NCBI GenBank assembly: GCA_035575415.1
Contig: DATLXW010000129.1
Location: 1-39,448 of the forward strand
DNA: 39,448 nt
Reading direction: 5' to 3'
Source of the DNA: Methyloceanibacter sp.
GTDB lineage: Bacteria; Pseudomonadota; Alphaproteobacteria; Rhizobiales; Methyloligellaceae
Shown: positions 8,982 through 15,821 of the stretch, in pieces
Position numbering within the stretch: the stretch's first letter is position 1
Layout of the letters: each line of letters opens with the position of its first letter
Position numbers and translations under genes: made by a program
Notes under the pieces: generated by a model
What the model was told of the DNA's origin: nothing
Database searches by the model: none
Seen by the model: only the letters and a program-made list of their open reading frames with translations

Positions 8982-8999
8982 GTGGTATCCGGATACCAC
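8982..8999. promoter_or_regulatory. Perfect 18-bp palindrome, candidate protein-binding site
   Basis: GTGGTATCC-GGATACCAC in the divergent rplM / enoyl-CoA hydratase spacer, next to an AT-rich tract (about 8945-8980). Confidence 0.5.
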
Positions 9000-9088
9000 C
9001 TTGATGGAAGACCCCGGCGCTTCGGCATGATGAGCGCGGAGCCCATGACTTTGCTATAAGGCGCTGAGTCGAGACCAGAGGCGGAACA

Positions 9089-9904
9089 ATGCGGGTTGCG
9101 ACACAGCAGGCGGCAAGCGGTGAAATCCTCCTGCGCGAGGTGCGCGGGCCGGTGGCACTGCTCACCATGAACCGGCCGGAAACGCGCAATTCGCTATCCC
9201 GAGAAATGATTGCCGCGCTCACGGGTTCACTGCATGCGATCGGCAAGGAGGAGCGGATCAAGGCGATCGTCGTCACCGGCGCCGGCTCTGCTTTCTGCTC
9301 GGGCCACGATCTCAAGGAGATGACGGCGCATCGCAATGACTTCGATCGCGGCAAGGCCTTTTTCGCCGCCACCATGGACGCTTGCTCGGAGATGATGCTG
9401 GCGATCGTGCGCTCCCCTAAGCCCGTCATCGCCGCGGTGAACGGCACAGCCACGGCGGCCGGGTGCCAGCTGGTCGCGAGCTGCGATCTTGCCGTGGCTT
9501 CGGAGGAGGCCCGCTTCGCCACGCCGGGAGTGAATATCGGTTTGTTCTGCTCGACGCCGATGGTCGCGCTTTCGCGCAACGTCTCGCGCAAGGCGGCAAT
9601 GGAAATGCTTCTGCTCGGCGAGTTCATCGGCGCCGAGGACGCGCGCGCGCTCGGTCTCGTCAATCGCGTCGTTCCGGCCGATCGCGTCGTCAACGAGGCG
9701 GTCGAGCTTGGTCAGCAGATCGCGCTCAAGCCGAAGCGAACGGTGAAGATCGGCAAGGAAGCGTTCTACCGCCAGCTCGACATGAGCCTCGAAGAGGCTT
9801 ACCGCTACACGTCCCAGGTCATGGTGGAAAATATGCTCGATGCCGAAGCTGAGGAGGGCATCGGGGCCTTCATCGAGAAGCGCAAGCCGACCTGGCCGGA
9901 CTAG
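9089..9904 (+). CDS. Enoyl-CoA hydratase/isomerase family protein
   Basis: [70 protein letters not shown] precedes the ATG. Confidence 0.92.
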   Translation: MRVATQQAASGEILLREVRGPVALLTMNRPETRNSLSREMIAALTGSLHAIGKEERIKAIVVTGAGSAFCSGHDLKEMTAHRNDFDRGKAFFAATMDACSEMMLAIVRSPKPVIAAVNGTATAAGCQLVASCDLAVASEEARFATPGVNIGLFCSTPMVALSRNVSRKAAMEMLLLGEFIGAEDARALGLVNRVVPADRVVNEAVELGQQIALKPKRTVKIGKEAFYRQLDMSLEEAYRYTSQVMVENMLDAEAEEGIGAFIEKRKPTWPD

Positions 9905-9943
9905 CGCCTTGCGATCTCCCCTCCCCGCTCCAGGCTTCCGGCG

Positions 9944-10465
9944 ATGAACCACGACACCTATAGCGACGCCTATATCCGCGGCATTCTCTCCCGCTACCGC
10001 ACCATCGCCATGGTGGGCGCGAGCGCCAACCAATCGCGGCCGAGCTATTTCGCCATGAAATATCTCAAGGAGAAAGGTTTTCGCGTCATTCCGGTAAACC
10101 CCGGGCAGGCTGGCAAGACGATCCTCGGAGAACGCGTCTATGCCGCGCTCGAGGAAATCGAAGAGCCGGTCGATATCGTCGATATTTTCCGCTCGTCGGA
10201 TGCTGCACTCGGTGTCACCCAGGACGCGATCAGGATCGGCGCCAAGGTCGTGTGGATGCAGCTTGGCGTACGCAACGACGAGGCGGCGCGGCTTGCGGAG
10301 CAAGCGGGTTTACAGGTGGTGATGAATCGCTGTCCCAAGATCGAATATGGACGGCTCTCGGGGGAGCTCGGCTGGGCCGGGGTCAATTCGCGCAGAGTGT
10401 CGGCGCGGCGTCCGTTGCTCGGACCGAAAGGCATGCAACATCGCGTCATCGGGCGCGCGGACTGA
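9944..10465 (+). CDS. CoA-binding protein (YccU-like)
   Basis: TIAMVGAS...RPSY, VIPVNPG, VDIVDIFR, VVWMQLGV and VVMNRCPKIE motifs. Confidence 0.9.
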   Translation: MNHDTYSDAYIRGILSRYRTIAMVGASANQSRPSYFAMKYLKEKGFRVIPVNPGQAGKTILGERVYAALEEIEEPVDIVDIFRSSDAALGVTQDAIRIGAKVVWMQLGVRNDEAARLAEQAGLQVVMNRCPKIEYGRLSGELGWAGVNSRRVSARRPLLGPKGMQHRVIGRAD

Positions 10466-10669
10466 GCCATATCAAGGCGGTGCCCGTCATACGCACGCCA
10501 TAGAAGAAGGCCACGTCTCGGGCCCAACCCCCCAGAACGTGATAGGGAAGAGACCATGAAGCAGATGCTTGCCCTTTTGTTCTTGGCCAGCGGTTGCCCC
10601 GGTCTTGCGCTCATGCCCTCTGCGGCGGAGGAAGGGGGCGCCTCCGAGCAGGAGTGCACATCGCGTCAT
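10424..10669 (+). repeat. Imperfect ~26-bp direct repeat, copies 220 bp apart (10424-10449 and 10644-10669)
   Basis: CCGA-AAGGCATGCAACATCGCGTCAT versus CCGAGCAGGAGTGCA-CATCGCGTCAT. The exact core ACATCGCGTCAT is at 10438-10449 and 10658-10669. Confidence 0.55.
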
Positions 10670-10702
10670 AGCCGCCAACGCCGCAACAGGAAGCCTAGAT
10701 GA
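10556..10702 (+). CDS. Small 48-aa ORF with signal-peptide-like N-terminus (possible gene remnant or leader), below the ORF-track cutoff
   Basis: MKQMLALLFLASGCPGLALMPSAAEEGGASEQECTSRHSRQRRNRKPR*. Purine-rich AGGGAAGAGA precedes the ATG, and the TGA overlaps the metY ATG (ATGA, 10699-10702). Confidence 0.35.
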   Translation: MKQMLALLFLASGCPGLALMPSAAEEGGASEQECTSRHSRQRRNRKPR

Positions 10703-11985
10703 GCCCAGAGAGAACGCCCGGTTTCAATACGCTCGCGATCCATGCCGGCGCGCAGCCGGACCCCGCCACAGGAGCGCGCGCAACGCCGATCTACCAGACG
10801 ACGTCCTTCGTGTTCGACAATGTCGAGCACGCGGCCGCGCTGTTCAATCTCGAGGTGTTCGGCAATATCTACACGCGCATCATGAATCCGACGCAGGCCG
10901 TGCTCGAGGAGCGCGTGGCGGCGCTCGAAGGCGGGACGGCCGGACTTGCCGTGGCGTCGGGACATGCGGCGCAGGTGCTCGTGTTTCATACCCTGCTCGA
11001 GCCTGGCGACGAATTCATCGCCGCGCGCCAGCTCTATGGCGGGTCGATCAACCAGTTCACCCATTCCTTCAAGAAGTGCGACTGGCATGTCCGCTGGGCC
11101 GACACCACGGACCCGAAGTCCTTCCGCGCCGCGCTGACCCCAAAGACAAAGGCGATCTTCATCGAATCGATCGCCAATCCCGGCGGCATCGTCAGCGACA
11201 TCGCCGCGATCGCGGCCGTGGCGAAGGAAGCGGGCGTGCCGCTCATCGTCGACAATACGCTCGCCACGCCCTATCTCATCCGCCCGATCGAGCACGGCGC
11301 CGACATCGTCGTACATTCGCTCACCAAGTTCCTCGGCGGGCACGGCAACTCGATCGGCGGGGCGATCGTCGATTGCGGCACTTTCGATTGGCTCAAGAGC
11401 AAGCGCTATCCGACCTTGTCGGAGCCTTGCGCCTCCTATCACGGCATCACGCTGGCCGAGACGTTCGGCAATTTCGCCTTTGCTATCGCTTGTCGCGTGC
11501 TCTCGTTGCGGGATTTCGGGCCGGCCATCTCGCCGTTCAATGCTTTCTTAATCCTCACCGGCATTGAAACCCTGCCGTTGCGTATGCAGCGGCACTGCGA
11601 CAATGCGCTTAAAGTCGCGACGTGGCTGGCAGAGCACGACAAGATCGCCTGGGTGAACTATGCCGGGCTTCCCGACAATGCATTCCATGCGCTCGCCAAG
11701 CGATACTGTCCGCAAGGGGCAGGTGCCGTTTTCACCTTCGGGCTGAAAGGCGGCTATGACGCCGGCATCGCGCTCGTGAGCAACGTCAAGCTCTTCAGCC
11801 ATCTCGCCAATATCGGCGATACGCGCAGCTTGATCATTCATCCCGCCTCGACCACCCATCGCCAGCTCACCGAGGAGCAGCGCTTACGCGCAGGAGCGGG
11901 TCCTGAAGTGGTGCGGCTCTCGATCGGACTCGAGGATGTCGAGGATCTGATCGCCGACCTCGATCAGGCGCTGGCGGCAGCCTGA
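10699..11985 (+). CDS. metY: O-acetylhomoserine aminocarboxypropyltransferase (sulfhydrylase)
   Basis: TLAIHAG, TPIYQTTSF, GNIYTRI.NPT, SGHAA, VDNTLATP, HSLTKFLGGHG (PLP lysine), HLANIGD.RSL.IHPASTTH, RLSIGLED. Confidence 0.93.
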   Translation: MSPERTPGFNTLAIHAGAQPDPATGARATPIYQTTSFVFDNVEHAAALFNLEVFGNIYTRIMNPTQAVLEERVAALEGGTAGLAVASGHAAQVLVFHTLLEPGDEFIAARQLYGGSINQFTHSFKKCDWHVRWADTTDPKSFRAALTPKTKAIFIESIANPGGIVSDIAAIAAVAKEAGVPLIVDNTLATPYLIRPIEHGADIVVHSLTKFLGGHGNSIGGAIVDCGTFDWLKSKRYPTLSEPCASYHGITLAETFGNFAFAIACRVLSLRDFGPAISPFNAFLILTGIETLPLRMQRHCDNALKVATWLAEHDKIAWVNYAGLPDNAFHALAKRYCPQGAGAVFTFGLKGGYDAGIALVSNVKLFSHLANIGDTRSLIIHPASTTHRQLTEEQRLRAGAGPEVVRLSIGLEDVEDLIADLDQALAAA

Positions 11986-13070
11986 ACGGGGCGCGCAGCG
12001 GGCGGCGACCGGCGCGCGAGCCAGAAGTGAACCAGCGCGGCGACGAAGACCGCGATGGCACCTGCCTGGTGCGCGAGCCCGAGGCCGATGGGTACGGCAA
12101 GCAGCAGAGTCCAGACCCCCAACACGGCTTGCAGGAGGGCGAACAGCGCAAGCGTCAGCGCGCTCGCAAGCAGCGCGGGTTCGGCCCCGCGGAAGCGAAG
12201 CCACACGAACTGGGCGAGCGAGGCGATGACCACGGCGTAGCCCAACATGCGGTGCTCGAACTGCACGGCGAGCGGATTTTCGAACAGGTTGAGATACCAC
12301 GGCTCAGCTTCGGCCAGTCCGGAAGGAACAAACGCGCCGTCGATCAGCGGCCAGGTGTTGAACCCCCTGCCGGCGTCTAGGCCTGCGACGAGGGCGCCGG
12401 CCAACATTTGTGAGAAGATCAGTCCTAACATGCCGCCTGCGATCCACACGGCGGCACCGGAGCGCGGGACTGCCGCTGTCCGCTGTTGGCCGAGGCCGAG
12501 CAGAAGCCACAGCGTATAGCCGAGAATGATGAGGGCGATGCCGAAATGCAGCATGAGCCGGTATTGGCTCACGGAGACGCGGTCCACGAGCCCGCTCTTC
12601 ACCATATACCAGCCGACAGCGCCCTGGGCGCCACCCAAGAGGAACAGTGCAAGAAGGCGCGGCAAGAGCGTGCGCGGAATGTAGCCCGCGAACCAAAAGG
12701 CGAGGAAGGGAATAAGAAAGGCGACGCCGATCAAGCGGCCCAAGAAGCGATGCGTCCACTCCCACCAATAGATGGTCTTGAACTGTTCGAGGCTCATGCC
12801 GCGATTGATCTCGGTATATTGGGGAATCTGTTTGTAGGCGTCGAACGCTTCTTGCCAGTCGGCCGCGGTGAGGGGCGGGACGGCGCCCATGACCGGCTTC
12901 CATTCGGTGATGGAAAGACCTGATTCGGTAAGCCGCGTGGCTCCACCGACCAGGATCATGAGAACGATGAGGCTTGCGAGCGCGGCAAGCCAAATGCGCA
13001 GGGCGCGGAGCTTACGCGCCGGAAACTCAGTTTCGGCATGACGTGCGGCAAGGGTCGCAGTCGAGAACAT
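11964..13070 (-). CDS. ctaA: Heme A synthase (COX15/CtaA)
   Basis: GGATRLTESGLSITEWKP, IYWWEWTHR, QGAVGWYMVKSG, YRLMLH, GALVAGLDAG...NTWP, QFEHR, LAHQ. ATG at 13070 preferred. Its 3' end overlaps the metY 3' end by 22 bp. Confidence 0.94.
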   Translation of the reverse strand: MFSTATLAARHAETEFPARKLRALRIWLAALASLIVLMILVGGATRLTESGLSITEWKPVMGAVPPLTAADWQEAFDAYKQIPQYTEINRGMSLEQFKTIYWWEWTHRFLGRLIGVAFLIPFLAFWFAGYIPRTLLPRLLALFLLGGAQGAVGWYMVKSGLVDRVSVSQYRLMLHFGIALIILGYTLWLLLGLGQQRTAAVPRSGAAVWIAGGMLGLIFSQMLAGALVAGLDAGRGFNTWPLIDGAFVPSGLAEAEPWYLNLFENPLAVQFEHRMLGYAVVIASLAQFVWLRFRGAEPALLASALTLALFALLQAVLGVWTLLLAVPIGLGLAHQAGAIAVFVAALVHFWLARRSPPAARPVQAAASA

Positions 13071-13170
13071 GGCGCTTCTGATAGCGGGCGCGACGGGCGA
13101 ACTCAACCGGCCCTTCCTTGCCCCTTTGCCGCAGGTTGGCGGTGGAACGGAATTCGCGCAATATGGCGCA

Positions 13171-13374
13171 ATGGCCTCACGCTCGCGCAAGCTAATCGGA
13201 ACGATCGCGCTGCTGGCCTTTCTCGCGATTTACGCCTGGGCTGCGGCGGCGATCGGTTCGGGACGCATCGCACTCGCGCCGGCCTGGGCGCAATTCGCCT
13301 TCTTTTTCGTTGCCGGTCTCGCCTGGGTCGTCCCTGCGGGACTGCTCATCCGTTGGATGCAGCGGGGAGACTGA
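13171..13374 (+). CDS. Small two-TM membrane protein (DUF2842-like)
   Basis: MASRSRKLIGTIALL...FFFVAGLAWVVPAGLLIRWM, 67 aa, divergent from ctaA. The RKLIG...GLAW..P....IRWM pattern recalls DUF2842. Confidence 0.75.
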   Translation: MASRSRKLIGTIALLAFLAIYAWAAAAIGSGRIALAPAWAQFAFFFVAGLAWVVPAGLLIRWMQRGD

Positions 13375-13377
13375 CGC

Positions 13378-14436
13378 CTATGCCGCGTCGACTTGCTGAA
13401 AGCGATTCCAAAGCGCAAACGGCGCTCCGGACAAATAAAGCGCCGTATAGGTGAGCGACTGAAAGTCGCCGTTCAAAGAGACGCGGGGCAATGCGGTGAG
13501 ATGCCGCCGATGCGCAGGAAACAGCATGCCCTTGCGCGTGGTCACGGCGGTCTTGAATCCGGCCTCGCGCGCCAGGGCGAAATCGCGCGGGCCCGCGCTG
13601 GCTGTATCGCCGTACGGAAAGGAAAAATGGAGGGGACGCGCTCCCGTCTCCTTTTCGATGCGGCTGGCGCTGCCGACCATCTCCGCGAGCGCATTCGCTT
13701 CGGAGAGCTTGGCGACGGCGAAATGGCCTTTAGTGTGCGCGCCGACGGTCACAAGCGGATCCCTGGCAAGCGTCTTGATCTCGTCCCAGCTCATGATGAG
13801 CCGCGAGCATTGAGCCGCCATGTCGACATCGTAGCGGTCCGCCAGCGCACGAACTGCTTGGCGCTGGCTCCCCTCGTCGATCGACCGCAGCCACCAATAG
13901 ATGTCTTCAAAGGCGCGTGTTTTTTCCGCGGCCGTCGCCGCCGGGACCCGCCACAACTCGCTCCCCCGCCGCAGCTCAAGCTCGGGAGCGCGCGCCACGA
14001 TCTCCTCCAGCGCGAGCCACCATAACTCGCCGGCACCCTCCGGATAATCGGTCGGGATGTAAACCGTAAAGGGCAGGTTGCGGCGCTTGAAGAGCGGGAA
14101 AGCGTTTTCGAGATTATCGCGGTAACCATCGTCGAAAGTGAAGCAGACGAAGCGGCGATCGTCCTCTTCTTGCAGTCTCCGCGCAGCCTCGTCGAGCGAG
14201 ACGATGTCTAGGCCCACGTTCTCGACCTGATCGATGACTGCATCGAGAAAGTCCGGAGTGACTTCCAGAATGCGATTGGGTGCGAAAGCACGCGCCTCCC
14301 CCGGCTCGGGACGAACTTGGTGCAAAGTGAAGATAAGGCCAAGACCCTGGGTATACGGCGCCAGCAGCCGGTGCGCGCGGGTATGGTAAAGACCCGACAT
14401 CGCTGCCTTCAACATCGCGGTTCTCATCCTGGTCAC
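13378..14436 (-). CDS. Polysaccharide deacetylase (CE4/NodB-like, HfsH-like role)
   Basis: TFDDGY, GAHTKGH, HFSFPYGD, AGFKTAVTT and LPRVSLNG motifs. Start is GTG 14436 (GGAG upstream) or ATG 14427. Confidence 0.9.
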   Translation of the reverse strand: MTRMRTAMLKAAMSGLYHTRAHRLLAPYTQGLGLIFTLHQVRPEPGEARAFAPNRILEVTPDFLDAVIDQVENVGLDIVSLDEAARRLQEEDDRRFVCFTFDDGYRDNLENAFPLFKRRNLPFTVYIPTDYPEGAGELWWLALEEIVARAPELELRRGSELWRVPAATAAEKTRAFEDIYWWLRSIDEGSQRQAVRALADRYDVDMAAQCSRLIMSWDEIKTLARDPLVTVGAHTKGHFAVAKLSEANALAEMVGSASRIEKETGARPLHFSFPYGDTASAGPRDFALAREAGFKTAVTTRKGMLFPAHRRHLTALPRVSLNGDFQSLTYTALYLSGAPFALWNRFQQVDAA

Positions 14437-14591
14437 GACCGGCGTAGCTCCCTGACCATCAAGCGTTAACCTCCATTTGGCATCGTCTTGGCCGAGCCGC
14501 ATTTGTGGCCGCACTTTCCTTGCAAAACGATTGCCAGTTGCGCGGAAGCTTAACGAAACCGCCGGAGAGGCCTTTTTACGGATATCAGCCC

Positions 14592-15821
14592 ATGAGTTCG
14601 GCGACCCTATTGCGTACCGATAGCGAGATTGCCACTCCATTCGCGGAGCCGAGGAGGCCCATCGCCGTCGGCACCAGTGTCGGCACGGTACATCTTAGGC
14701 TGACTTCGGATCTGCAAAGCGTCGAGACGATTTGGAAAAAGCTCCAAGAAATTTCCCCTTGTACCGGAGCGCAAACATTCGACTGGGCCAAGGCATGGGC
14801 TCGCAATGTGCTCGAGCCGGAAGGCGCTCGTCCAGCGATCGTTCTGGGCACAGGCCCGGACGGGAGCATTCTGTTCCTGTGGGCGTTCGAAACGGGACGC
14901 CGGGCCGGATTGAGCGTGCTGCGATGGCTCGGCGGGGAACACGCGAACTACAACATGGGTCTGTTCGCGCCCGGAATTGCCGCCGCGCTGACAGCGGAGG
15001 ATATGTCCCGTCTGCTTGCAAAGGTCGGGCGTCAAACCGGCGCCGCGGCGGCCTTACTTGAGGCGCAGCCCTTTTCGTTCGACGGCGTCCACAACCCCTT
15101 CGCCAAGCTTTTGCACCGGCGCTCTCCGAACGCCGGCTATGCGGCGAAGCTCGGCGATTTCACAACGCTCTATCACCAGCGTTTCGGCAAGCGCTCGCGC
15201 AGCGGCCTCGACCGCAAGGAGCGGAAGCTCGCCGAACTCGGGAGGCTGCGCTACGGCTGGGCAGAAACGCGGGAAGAGAGGCTCACTCTCATCGAAACTT
15301 TTTTCGACCAGAAGGCCGAGCAATTTGCCGCCATGGGGGTGAAGAATATCTTCGATGCTCAAGCGCGCGCCTTTTATCGCGAACTTGTGCTGCTCGAAGA
15401 AGACAATCCGAGCAGACTCAGGATGGGATATATTAAGCTCGATGACGACGTCCTTGCCACCTTCAGCGGCACCCTCGGTCACAAGCGGCTTCTCATCGTG
15501 CTTTGCTCTCTCGCTTCGGGGGAGACGCAGCGTTGCTCCCCCGGTGCGTTGCTGATCCGGCATCAAATCGAGGAGGCCTGCGAACAAGGACTCTCTTTCT
15601 ACGATTTCGGGGCAGGTGCCGGATCGCATAAGGAACAATGGTCCGACGTGGTTCTGCCGCTGTTCGACAATGCGATCGTCTTCAAGCCGCAAGGTCTCTT
15701 GCTGACTCTGCCCCTGGGTGCAATCTCGTCGCTCAAGCGCGCGATCAAATCGAATCCGCGCTTGTGGTCGATCGCCCAAAGCGTGCGTAGCCGCCTCTTC
15801 GGCTCGACGGACGCGCTCTAA
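14592..15821 (+). CDS. GNAT-family acyltransferase (CelD/BcsL-like, HfsK/UppA-like)
   Basis: QTFDW..AW, HANYNMGL, LDRKERKL, SPGALL and FYDFGAG..SHKEQW motifs. ATG at 14592 preferred. Confidence 0.85.
   Translation: MSSATLLRTDSEIATPFAEPRRPIAVGTSVGTVHLRLTSDLQSVETIWKKLQEISPCTGAQTFDWAKAWARNVLEPEGARPAIVLGTGPDGSILFLWAFETGRRAGLSVLRWLGGEHANYNMGLFAPGIAAALTAEDMSRLLAKVGRQTGAAAALLEAQPFSFDGVHNPFAKLLHRRSPNAGYAAKLGDFTTLYHQRFGKRSRSGLDRKERKLAELGRLRYGWAETREERLTLIETFFDQKAEQFAAMGVKNIFDAQARAFYRELVLLEEDNPSRLRMGYIKLDDDVLATFSGTLGHKRLLIVLCSLASGETQRCSPGALLIRHQIEEACEQGLSFYDFGAGAGSHKEQWSDVVLPLFDNAIVFKPQGLLLTLPLGAISSLKRAIKSNPRLWSIAQSVRSRLFGSTDAL

Noticed and set aside
10466-10698. SAM riboswitch upstream of metY
   Set aside because: No SAM-II or SAM-SAH-like conserved sequence was recognised. 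An Rfam scan would be needed to exclude it fully.
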